The position numbers and the translations under genes were made by a program. Source: a virus (lineage: Duplodnaviria; Caudoviricetes). Taken from it: a DNA stretch of 24,874 nt. Positions 7,422-15,423 of the stretch are shown one piece after another. The notes beneath the pieces were generated by a model. It did not search any database. It saw only the letters and a program-made list of their open reading frames with translations, and was not told where the DNA came from. Within the stretch, counting starts at the first letter, position 1; the number at the start of each line of letters is the position of its first letter. Location of the stretch: IMG/VR virus record IMGVR_UViG_3300048589_001640, positions 1-24,874 of that record; one strand, written 5' to 3'.

Positions 7422-9781
7422 CCGACGACAACCTTATTCATTTCAACCCCTGGCGAGATTTCAACGACGCCCCGATCATGACTGATCCGTTCGGTGTCGA
7501 GCCCGACCGCGAACAGGTCGCCGCCTTCCTCGATGTCGTGTTCAGCTATTGCGAGGGCCTGATCCCGGTTCGCGGCTTCGTCGACAAGGGGCAAGGTTTC
7601 GACGGCCGGCCACACAACATCTGGATCGAGGCGAACACCAACGCCGTCAGCAAGCTCTGCACCTTCGCCGCATGGGCCTGGCGCGAGGGTGCGGCCGTCT
7701 ATGTCATTCCGGGCGTCGTAGCGCAGAACGGTCAGGCCAAAGCCGCCGACGTGGCGCAGATGCAGGCCATCGTCGTCGATCTCGATGCTGGCGACATCGC
7801 GGGCAAATACCGGCACCTTGTCGATTACCTCGGTCAACCCACCCTGACCGTCGAAAGCGGCGGCCGCACGCCGGAGGGCATCGACAAGCTGCATGTCTGG
7901 TGGAAGCTGACCGAACCTGCGGTCGGCGAGGACCTTGCGAAACTATGCCGTTTGCGCGGCGACATCGCCGTCAAGATCGGCGGCGATACGCATTTCCGCT
8001 CGGCGCACCAGCCTATCCGTGTTGCCGGCTCCGTCTACCACAAAGGAGGTTTTCAGCGGGTCGTGGCGATCCGCGAGCACAATGCACGCCTCGAAGTCGA
8101 CCTGCGCGAGTTTGCCGACCGGGTCGAAGCGATGCCGCCCTTCGCGTTCGGCGGCGCCGAGCCTGTGGCTGCCCTTCAAAAGCCGTCGATCGGCCGGGTT
8201 CTGACGACGCCCGTTCATGAGGGGGGCCATGATGCGTGGACCCGGTTCGAGGGCGCCAGCGCCGCCATCGGTCATTACATCCGTCAGGTTCACGAGGGCC
8301 GCATCAGTCCCAACGACGGATGGGAGGCGATCTGTGAGTACAACGCCGCCATGCTGCGGCCTGCTTGGCCGCTCGATCGCCTCAAGCGGGAGGCCGATCG
8401 CCTCTGGGCCCGCCATGTCGAAAGAAACGGCCCACCACTCCTCCGGGCTGAGCCTACCGCAGCGGCGGAAGCGCCGCTGCCCGCCTTCACGCTCGGTGCG
8501 CTGCTCGACGACACGAGCCCGATGCCCGACGACATCATCGGCCCGCGCGTATTGACGCCGGGCGGGCTCCTCGTGCTTGGCGGCGCGCCCAAGGTCGGCA
8601 AAAGCGATTTCCTGATCAGCTGGCTTGTCCATATGGCAACCGGCGCGTCGTTCCTTGGCTTCACGCCGCCTCGGGCACTCAGGGTCTTCTACCTGCAGGC
8701 GGAGATCCAGTACCACTATCTGCGCGAGCGCATGCAGAGCATCCGCCTGGATGCGTCGATGATGGCCGCCGCGCGCGACACATTCGTCGTTACACCGAAG
8801 CTGAAGCTCCTGCTCGACGCCAACGGCGTTCCGCGCGTTGCGGATGCGATCCGTGCCGCCTTTCCCGATGCAGCCCCCGACGTCCTCTGCCTCGACCCGA
8901 TCCGAAACCTGTTCGACGGCGGACCCGATGGCGGGGGCGAGAACGATAACAACGCGATGATGTTCTTCCTGAAGGATCGTGTCGAGGTGCTGAGAGACAT
9001 GGTCAACGCGGATGCTGGCGTGATCCTCGTCCATCACACTCGTAAGGCGGGCAAACAACAGGTCAAGGACGATCCGTTCCTCGCGCTCTCGGGCGCAAGC
9101 GCGCTCCGCGGCTTCTACACCTCAGGGCTACTGATGCACCGGCCAGATGAGGCGAGTACCGCACGACGACTCGAAATCGAGTTGCGCAACGGACCCGCAT
9201 TGCCCGCCAAGCTGATCGATAAGGTCAACGGCCGCTGGATTGAGCTGAACCCGATGAACGAACGGCTGGTGCGCAAGGAAGTCGGCGAACGTTACGATGC
9301 GGAACGGCTGCGCAAAGGCGACGTCATTCTCGGACTGATCTTCGAGGAGGCCGCGCAAGGCCGCCTCTACTCCACCATGCAGTTCGCTGAGGCGTTCGAG
9401 AACAAGGGCGGCCTCGGAAGCAAGCATACGATCCGGGAGCGTCTCAGCGTTCTCGCCACCAAAGGCTTCGTCAAGTTTCTCCGCGATGGCACGGCCTTTG
9501 GCTATCCCGTCATGCGCTCGCGATTCGGTTATCTCTGCATCGAAGGCATGCACTTCATGCCGGAGGACCGCGTCGATCCGCTGACCGGTGAGATCGTCCT
9601 TGGCGCGCAGTCAGTCCTGCCCAGTCATTACAAATGTCCGCAGTCGGGCGCCTGCCTCAACGTCGAAAACCCGCACGTCTGGGTTTACCCACAGGACGTC
9701 GACAATGACCTAACTCCTGAGGAGTTAGGCCGAACTCCTCACTCCTCCCGAACTCCTGATGCAATGAAATCAACGGGTTAG
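7418..9781 (+). CDS. Primase-helicase (N-terminal RepB/AEP-like primase, C-terminal AAA_25 RecA-family ATPase)
   Basis: VDLD and ESGG...LHVWW primase motifs; Walker A GAPKVGKS, LCLDP, LVHH. GTGA overlap at 7418-7421 with the upstream stop. Confidence 0.88.
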   Translation: MTDDNLIHFNPWRDFNDAPIMTDPFGVEPDREQVAAFLDVVFSYCEGLIPVRGFVDKGQGFDGRPHNIWIEANTNAVSKLCTFAAWAWREGAAVYVIPGVVAQNGQAKAADVAQMQAIVVDLDAGDIAGKYRHLVDYLGQPTLTVESGGRTPEGIDKLHVWWKLTEPAVGEDLAKLCRLRGDIAVKIGGDTHFRSAHQPIRVAGSVYHKGGFQRVVAIREHNARLEVDLREFADRVEAMPPFAFGGAEPVAALQKPSIGRVLTTPVHEGGHDAWTRFEGASAAIGHYIRQVHEGRISPNDGWEAICEYNAAMLRPAWPLDRLKREADRLWARHVERNGPPLLRAEPTAAAEAPLPAFTLGALLDDTSPMPDDIIGPRVLTPGGLLVLGGAPKVGKSDFLISWLVHMATGASFLGFTPPRALRVFYLQAEIQYHYLRERMQSIRLDASMMAAARDTFVVTPKLKLLLDANGVPRVADAIRAAFPDAAPDVLCLDPIRNLFDGGPDGGGENDNNAMMFFLKDRVEVLRDMVNADAGVILVHHTRKAGKQQVKDDPFLALSGASALRGFYTSGLLMHRPDEASTARRLEIELRNGPALPAKLIDKVNGRWIELNPMNERLVRKEVGERYDAERLRKGDVILGLIFEEAAQGRLYSTMQFAEAFENKGGLGSKHTIRERLSVLATKGFVKFLRDGTAFGYPVMRSRFGYLCIEGMHFMPEDRVDPLTGEIVLGAQSVLPSHYKCPQSGACLNVENPHVWVYPQDVDNDLTPEELGRTPHSSRTPDAMKSTG

Positions 9782-9879
9782 CTGAAATGAGGAGTTAGGC
9801 CCCTAACTCCTCCCTCACTCCTCCGTCATCTGAAAATCTCAAAGGAAATCAGCATGTTGATCAACGTCGAGGAGTTAGG
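9709..9879. repeat. Iteron-like ACTCCT/AGGAGT cluster, putative replication origin
   Basis: Nine ACTCCT/AGGAGT copies. Perfect inverted repeat CCTAACTCCT-G-AGGAGTTAGG (9709-9729); reversed pair at 9790-9811; GAGGAGTTAGG at 9719, 9789 and 9869. Confidence 0.8.
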
Positions 9880-9888
9880 TGCGAAACC

Positions 9889-9934
9889 CTCCCTACTACG
9901 TAGGGAGAGGCCACGCCCCAAAGGGTGCGTGGCC
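9889..9934. other. Two adjacent GC-rich hairpins next to the iterons
   Basis: CTCCCTAC-tac-GTAGGGAG (9889-9907) and GGCCACGC-cccaaagggt-GCGTGGCC (9909-9934). Confidence 0.65.
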
Positions 9935-10081
9935 CTCACCCGAAAGATGACCTGGCAAACTCTACGGCCCCGTGGTCCGCCGTGATGACAGACCTCTGAA
10001 CAGACGACGGCGGCCCGCGCAGCCAAGCACCAGACCGCCGTCGCCCTCCACCACGAACGATTCCCTGAACGGAGACCACTC

Positions 10082-10621
10082 ATGGCTTCGACGACTCTGA
10101 CTCTGCCTGCCGGCAATGCAATCCCACCAGCTGCAGAAATTCTGGATCGCGCACAAGCTTCGATCCTTGCCCTCGATCTCGGCACCATTACCGGATTCGC
10201 TCTGCGGACCAGTACCGGCATCATCAACAGCGGCACGGTATCGTTTCGCCCCAGCCGCTACGACGGTGGCGGGATCCGCTACCTGCGCTTCCGCAGCTGG
10301 CTCGATGGCATGGCCGCCGATGTGGGACCGTTGGGCGCTGTGCATTTCGAAGAGGTGCGCCGGCATGTCGGCACAGATGCGGCGCATGTGTTCGGCGGTC
10401 TGCTGGCGACGCTCTCGTCCTGGTGCGAACAGCGCGGCGTCGCCTACCAAGGCGTCCCCGTCGGCACCTTCAAGCGCTTCATCGCGGGCAAGGGCAACGC
10501 AGACAAGCAAGCCGTGGTAGCTGCCGTGCGCGCGCGTGGATTTACGCCCGCCGACGACAACGAGGCGGACGCCATCGCCATTCTGCTGTGGGCGATCGAG
10601 ACCGAGGGAGGTGTGCGATGA
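10082..10621 (+). CDS. RuvC-like Holliday junction resolvase
   Basis: ILALDLG, VHFEEV, KRFIAGKGNADK and DDNEADA acidic motifs of the RNase H fold; GGAG RBS. Confidence 0.85.
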   Translation: MASTTLTLPAGNAIPPAAEILDRAQASILALDLGTITGFALRTSTGIINSGTVSFRPSRYDGGGIRYLRFRSWLDGMAADVGPLGAVHFEEVRRHVGTDAAHVFGGLLATLSSWCEQRGVAYQGVPVGTFKRFIAGKGNADKQAVVAAVRARGFTPADDNEADAIAILLWAIETEGGVR

Positions 10622-10950
10622 CACGAGCCCGCCTCCCCAACCGCCGTTTCGCCGCGACCTCAGACCTTGAGCATGCCGGCAGCCGCTTCACCGTCACCGT
10701 CGGGTTCTATCCCGACGGCCGACCGGGCGAAGTGTTCACCCATGGCACGCGAACCGGATCGACCATGGATGGGCTGTTGGCCGACGCCTGCGTCGTCGTC
10801 TCGCTGCTACTGCAGCATGGTGTCGAGCCGACTGATCTCGCCGCCAGCATGGGCCGGCTTGGCAACGCCGAGCCCGCATCCGTAATTGGCGCGGTGATCG
10901 ATCTCGTCGCGCAGGCGATACCCATCCCGATGCAACAGGAGGTCTCGTGA
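10618..10950 (+). CDS. Stand-alone TSCPD-like domain (C-terminal part of class II ribonucleotide reductase)
   Basis: RARLPNRR...FTVTVGFYPDGRPGEVF...VSLLLQHGV; ATGA overlap and GGAGG RBS. Confidence 0.75.
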   Translation: MTRARLPNRRFAATSDLEHAGSRFTVTVGFYPDGRPGEVFTHGTRTGSTMDGLLADACVVVSLLLQHGVEPTDLAASMGRLGNAEPASVIGAVIDLVAQAIPIPMQQEVS

Positions 10951-11003
10951 TGCGACGACCTCCTGAACGGCAAAGGCGATGCAATCGCACAGGAGCGTCA
11001 CCG

Positions 11004-11246
11004 ATGCTTCGGCACGCCGCCAAAGTTAAAGCCCAGCGCGACGCGGCCTACGGCAACCCCGCGGTCTCCATGGCGGCAGTCGCCGCACGCTGGTCACTCA
11101 CGCTGGGGCACAGCGTCACGCCGGCGCAGGTCGTGCTCTGCATGCTCGATCTCAAGCTGGTGCGGCTCGCACATGATCCTTCGCACCGCGACAGCGCCAC
11201 GGACGTCATCGGCTACGCCGCGCTGCTGCCAGAGGTGACGCGATGA
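11004..11246 (+). CDS. DUF6378-like protein
   Basis: R...YGNP......A.RWS..LG..VTPAQV.LCM..LK..RL...P.HRDS..D..GYAA; AGGAG RBS at 10991 (alternative start 10947). Confidence 0.75.
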   Translation: MLRHAAKVKAQRDAAYGNPAVSMAAVAARWSLTLGHSVTPAQVVLCMLDLKLVRLAHDPSHRDSATDVIGYAALLPEVTR

Positions 11247-11452
11247 GGTGGTCTCTTCCCGGATACGGCGGCGAGCGGCGGCCGCCCGAGAAGGTCAAGC
11301 AGGACGGCTGGCGTGAGCAGGGCCTGCTTGCGGTGTCGGTCGACGACCAACGGCTCAACTGGCCGGAGCGCGAGTTCGTTCGGCAACTCGGCGAGAAGCT
11401 GTACGGGACACGCGTCCTCAAAACTTCGAACGGTCTCACGAGGAATCAATGA
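11243..11452 (+). CDS. Small conserved phage hypothetical protein
   Basis: GYGGERR...VKQDGWREQGLLAVSVDD.RL.WPERE; ATGA overlaps at both ends. Confidence 0.75.
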   Translation: MRWSLPGYGGERRPPEKVKQDGWREQGLLAVSVDDQRLNWPEREFVRQLGEKLYGTRVLKTSNGLTRNQ

Positions 11453-11988
11453 ACAGAAAACTCAAATCACGAGTGAAGCGCGGCTCCTCGCGTCCAGCAA
11501 TTGCGCAGCAGAACCTCCGTGAAGTGATCGAGTTCGATCCCAACGGCATTGAGGTCACGCATCACCGGACCGTCGACACGCTCGGGCTCATGCTGCGCTC
11601 CGGCACCATCACACCCGCGATGCATGACGCAGCGCGTGACTTCCAGGCGGCGTTCACGATCGCCTGCTTCGATTCTATGCCACGATCCAATCTGATGCTC
11701 ATGGCAAGACCAGCTCCGGGCAAATATCGCCCGGCTGACTTTACGGACACTCAGATTGCCGCACGCGAACGGGTGGCGAAAGCACTCGACGCCCTTGGCG
11801 GACACGGCTCACCGGCCGGCTCGTGTGTCTGGCACGTCGTCGGCATGCAGACGTCGATCCGCGAGTGGGCACTTCGACGGGGGTGGAGTGGACGACCGGT
11901 GCGGCAGGAAAGTGCGCAAGGAATTCTGCTCGCAGCCCTCGGTGTTCTGATGAAGCACTACGGCATTCGCGAGACAGACCCGCGGTGA
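11449..11988 (+). CDS. DUF6456-like protein, possible late-gene regulator
   Basis: TVDTLGLMLRSGTIT...AARDF; ARERV..AL..LG; C-terminal helical/HTH-like region; last gene before an intergenic promoter. Confidence 0.65.
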   Translation: MNRKLKSRVKRGSSRPAIAQQNLREVIEFDPNGIEVTHHRTVDTLGLMLRSGTITPAMHDAARDFQAAFTIACFDSMPRSNLMLMARPAPGKYRPADFTDTQIAARERVAKALDALGGHGSPAGSCVWHVVGMQTSIREWALRRGWSGRPVRQESAQGILLAALGVLMKHYGIRETDPR

Positions 11989-12072
11989 CGCGAAGAGAAA
12001 ACGATGCTCGTCGCAATTCCTGAGTCGGATCAACCGCTTGCAGACAAAATGCACCGGACGCTCGATTTCGAA

Positions 12073-12101
12073 TTGACGGGTGTCCGATGCAAGTCTAGCT
12101 A
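12073..12101 (+). promoter_or_regulatory. Candidate late promoter
   Basis: TTGACG-N17-TAGCTA in the gap between the DUF6456-like gene and the structural genes. Confidence 0.45.
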
Positions 12102-12171
12102 TTTCACCACGGTCCACGAATGCGCCAACGAACCGACGGCGCGACGGGTCGAAACGCTCCACATCATCGCG

Positions 12172-12702
12172 ATGAAATTGGTCATCAACGCCAGCGACCA
12201 AGTCCTGGCGCGATACGGCAATCAGCTCGCCGCTTTGGGCGACGGACAGGCGCGCACCGCCATGTCGCGGGCATTGAACCACGAGGGCGACAAGGGGCGA
12301 ACCCAGGTCAAGCGCGCACTCGTCAAGCAGACCGGCATCAAATACGGCGCTGTTGACAAAGCAATAGCAACCATACGCTCGACACCGGCGACCTTGACTT
12401 ACCAGCTCAAGGCGCGCGGACAGGAAACCAACATTGCCTGGTTCGGTGGCAAGCAGCGCGGTAAGGGCGTGTCGGCCGCGCCATGGAACAAGCGCCGCAT
12501 CTTCCGGCACGCATTCGTTGTACCGCGCTTCGGTCGCGCTTTCATTCGCACGTCGAACAAACGCCTGCCGATCCGTTGGCTCTATGGCCCTAATCTTGGA
12601 CGCGAGCTTGTGAAAGATTACAGCGCTGCCGCTTGGCACAGCGGCGTCGCTAGCATCATCGCACGCGTGGGCCACGAGATCGGACGCATGCTACCGCGTT
12701 GA
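12172..12702 (+). CDS. Phage minor tail / tail-completion protein, lambda gpZ-like
   Basis: Basic protein with AMSRALN...RTQVKRAL...GIK, HAF and RLPI..LYGP pattern. Start ATG 12172 is inferred. Confidence 0.7.
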   Translation: MKLVINASDQVLARYGNQLAALGDGQARTAMSRALNHEGDKGRTQVKRALVKQTGIKYGAVDKAIATIRSTPATLTYQLKARGQETNIAWFGGKQRGKGVSAAPWNKRRIFRHAFVVPRFGRAFIRTSNKRLPIRWLYGPNLGRELVKDYSAAAWHSGVASIIARVGHEIGRMLPR

Positions 12703-12722
12703 CGCAGGCTCGCGGCAATTCA

Positions 12723-12784
12723 ACGGGTCCTTCCTTCGGGGGCCTCACAAGCGGTGGCGCCGCCGCCCGGAAAACGCGCGTTTT
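12723..12784 (+). other. Putative cos packaging site (cosQ/cosN-like)
   Basis: ACGGGTCCTT contains lambda cosQ GGGTCCT (12725-12731); GC-rich dyad GCGGTGGC|GCCGCCGC (12751-12766); palindrome AAAACGCGCGTTTT (12771-12784); gpA-type terminase downstream. Confidence 0.65.
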
Positions 12785-12843
12785 TCCAAATCGAAAAACC
12801 TCAGTTTGGTTTGGTTTCGCGGACGAATAGCCCAACGATATCA

Positions 12844-14169
12844 ATGCACGACGCTCAAAAACCCTCAGCCGCTTGGCCGGCTGCAAAAATCGAATTCTGG
12901 CCCTTGGAGCGGCTGACCGTGAACCCGCGCAACGCGCGCGTTCACGGGCCCGAGCAGATCGAGCAGATCCGGGCGTCGCTCCGGGAATTCGGCTGGACCA
13001 TGCCGGTTCTCGTGCGAGAAAACGGCATGCTGATCGCCGGCCACGGCCGGCTTGAGGCCGCCATGCTGGAGGGCATCGGCGAAGTGCCGACGATTGTCGC
13101 GCACGGTTGGAGCGAGACGCAGTGCCAGGCTTACGCAATCGCCGACAATAAATTAACGGAAACGAGTGAGTGGAATGACGAACTGCTCCGGCTTGAGCTC
13201 GGTGATCTGCGCGAGGCCGGTTTCGATCTGACGCTGACCGGCTTTGATCGGGATGAACTCGACAAGCTACTGCTGGTCGATGCCGACGGCGATGGCGATC
13301 TCGACGAGGCACCCGAGCCGCCAGAGGAGCCGATCAGCCGTCCCGGCGATCTGTGGATCTGTGGCGAGCATCGCGTGTTGTGTGGCGACGCCGCGGTCCT
13401 GTCCGATGCCGAGAAGGTCCTCGCAGGCGAACTCGCCGATATGACGTTCACTGATCCACCGTACAACGTGGACTACGCCAACACCCCAAAGGACAAGCTA
13501 GGCGGCAAGAATCGTCCGATCCTGAATGACAACCTTGGCGCGGACTTCGGCGCCCTTCTGTACGACGCCTGCGTCAATATCCTCGCGCTCACCAAGGGTG
13601 CCGTCTACATCTGCATGTCATCGTCTGAACTTGACCGGCTGCAGAAGGCGTTCCGAGAGGCCGGCGGAAAGTGGTCGACGTTTGTGATCTGGGCCAAGAA
13701 CAGCTTCACGCTGGGTCGCTCTGACTATCAGCGCCAGTACGAACCAATTCTCTACGGCTGGAAGGATGGGACCGATCACTATTGGTGCGGCGCGCGCGAC
13801 CAGGGCGACGTCTGGTTCTTCGACAAGCCGCACAAGAACGATTTGCATCCGACGATGAAGCCAGTGGCTCTGGTCGAGCGCGCGATCCGCAATTCGTCCA
13901 AGAGCCGCGACATCGTGCTCGATCCGTTCGGCGGCTCAGGCACGACGCTGATTGCGGCGGAGCGGGCTGGACGGCGGGCGCGGCTGATCGAGCTCGATCC
14001 GAAATACGTCGACGTCATCATTCAACGTTGGCAGGAAGCGACGGGAGGACAGGCGCGGCACGCGGAAACGGATCAGCCGTTCGGTGCCTCAAGCCAAATA
14101 GCGCAATCCGCCAACCGTAAGATCAGCCGAAAACGCGCGGCCAATCGCGACCACGCCGATACGCCTTAG
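12844..14169 (+). CDS. ParB/Srx-N-domain-fused amino DNA methyltransferase (N6A/N4C, beta order)
   Basis: NPRNARVH...EFGWTMP...IAGHGRL...IADN ParB-like domain; FTDPPYN, HPTMKP and VLDPFGGSGTT motifs. Confidence 0.93.
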   Translation: MHDAQKPSAAWPAAKIEFWPLERLTVNPRNARVHGPEQIEQIRASLREFGWTMPVLVRENGMLIAGHGRLEAAMLEGIGEVPTIVAHGWSETQCQAYAIADNKLTETSEWNDELLRLELGDLREAGFDLTLTGFDRDELDKLLLVDADGDGDLDEAPEPPEEPISRPGDLWICGEHRVLCGDAAVLSDAEKVLAGELADMTFTDPPYNVDYANTPKDKLGGKNRPILNDNLGADFGALLYDACVNILALTKGAVYICMSSSELDRLQKAFREAGGKWSTFVIWAKNSFTLGRSDYQRQYEPILYGWKDGTDHYWCGARDQGDVWFFDKPHKNDLHPTMKPVALVERAIRNSSKSRDIVLDPFGGSGTTLIAAERAGRRARLIELDPKYVDVIIQRWQEATGGQARHAETDQPFGASSQIAQSANRKISRKRAANRDHADTP

Positions 14170-14275
14170 GCGCTGCTTATCGAACCCTTCCAGGCCTCGG
14201 GCGCTGGTACCGCTACCGCTACCGTGCCAGAGGTGCTACTGTTGAGGTCCCGCAAAGCGAAAAATCGAGAAGATA

Positions 14276-15253
14276 ATGAGACGGCGGGAATTCATTGCGG
14301 CACTCGGCGTAGCACTATGGCCGACTACGCCCCGCGCGCAGCAGGCGATGCCCGTTATCGGCTTTTTAAGCGCCGCCTCACCCGTGCCGTTCTCGCATTT
14401 TGTCGCCGCCTTCCGTCAGGGTTTGAAAGAAGTCGGCTATATCGAAGGCAAGAACCTCGTGATCGAGTATCGGTGGGCCGAAGGTCAGTATAGCCGCCTG
14501 CCCAGGTTTGCAGTTGAACTTGTTCAAATGCCCGTAGCTGTCTTGGTTGCAACCGGCGGCGACCCCGCGGTCCAATCCGGGCTGGTAGCGGCCGGCAAGT
14601 CGACTCCTGTCGTGTTCGCAACGGGCGGTGATCCGGTCAAGCTGGGGTATGTCGCCAGTCTGAATAGACCAGGCGGCAACGTCACAGGGGCAACCCACCT
14701 GACCATCGCGCTTGCAGCCAAACGGCTCGCTCTTCTAATCGAATTGGCGCCAAAGACGGATACGATTGCTGTTCTCAACAACCCCAATTTTCCGAACGCA
14801 GCGCGAGGGTTGAAGGACACACAAGAGGCCGCCATTAGTCTCGGCATTCGGCTTATCGTAGCGAATGCGACCAAGGAAGAAGAGTTTGAAGCGGCTTTCG
14901 GTCGGTTTGTTGCTGGTGGATCTGGTGCGCTGATGGTCGCGGCTGATCCGTTCTTTAACAGTCGACGCACTCAACTCGTTGAACTAGCGGCGCAACATCG
15001 TTTACCGGCTATCTATGAGTTTAGTGAGTTCCCTATGGAAGGCGGCCTGATGAGCTACGGAACCCGTCTCGCCGATACCTACCGCGATATTGGAGTTTAT
15101 TCTGGTCGAATTCTCAGTGGTGCCAACCCCGGCGACTTGCCTGTCGTTCAGTCGACGCGCTTCGACTTGGTGATCAATCTTAATGTCGCGCTAGCGCAAG
15201 GCATTGAATTTCCCCCCTTTCTGTTGGCTCGCGCCGATCAGGTTATAGAGTAA
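14276..15253 (+). CDS. Orphan ABC transporter substrate-binding protein (ABC_sub_bind-like); accessory gene
   Basis: MRRREF signal peptide, AQQAMPVIGFL, DPVKLGYVASLNRPGGNVTG, GGLMSYG, LARADQVIE; visibly more A/T-rich codons than its neighbours. Confidence 0.9.
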   Translation: MRRREFIAALGVALWPTTPRAQQAMPVIGFLSAASPVPFSHFVAAFRQGLKEVGYIEGKNLVIEYRWAEGQYSRLPRFAVELVQMPVAVLVATGGDPAVQSGLVAAGKSTPVVFATGGDPVKLGYVASLNRPGGNVTGATHLTIALAAKRLALLIELAPKTDTIAVLNNPNFPNAARGLKDTQEAAISLGIRLIVANATKEEEFEAAFGRFVAGGSGALMVAADPFFNSRRTQLVELAAQHRLPAIYEFSEFPMEGGLMSYGTRLADTYRDIGVYSGRILSGANPGDLPVVQSTRFDLVINLNVALAQGIEFPPFLLARADQVIE

Positions 15254-15423
15254 CAGCAAGAGACCATTGCCAAGAACAACATAACGCTCGCTCCTGTTAT
15301 CTCTCCTATTGGTCCATCGCGTCGCAAGCAATACGAATGGGCTATCGGGAGGCAGCAGCTCTTGCATGCCTTCCGCCCACGACGGATGGATTGAAGGGTG
15401 GCCAATACATCGGTCTGGTGATT

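Noticed and set aside
9709-9879. Repeat cluster as a mini-CRISPR array associated with the Cas4-like gene
   Set aside because: Repeats are only 6-14 bp, occur in both orientations and are irregularly spaced; there is no repeat-spacer periodicity.
10055-10070. Second LexA-like repeat GAAC...GAAC upstream of the RuvC-like gene
   Set aside because: Spacer is 8 nt rather than 7.
11947-11980. CTGATGA as a hammerhead ribozyme core
   Set aside because: No properly placed GAAA or stem II follows, and it lies within a coding region.
12004-12171. N-terminal extension of the gpZ-like ORF (similar extensions at 969-1055, 2474, 3780, 7373, 10423, 12754, 15337)
   Set aside because: Longest-ORF artefacts overlapping promoters, the cos candidate or upstream genes; downstream starts fit RBS, coupling or domain boundaries better.
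14208-14225. TACCGC tandem repeat (about 3 copies) upstream of the ABC binding-protein gene
   Set aside because: Too short to support a phase-variation or operator claim.
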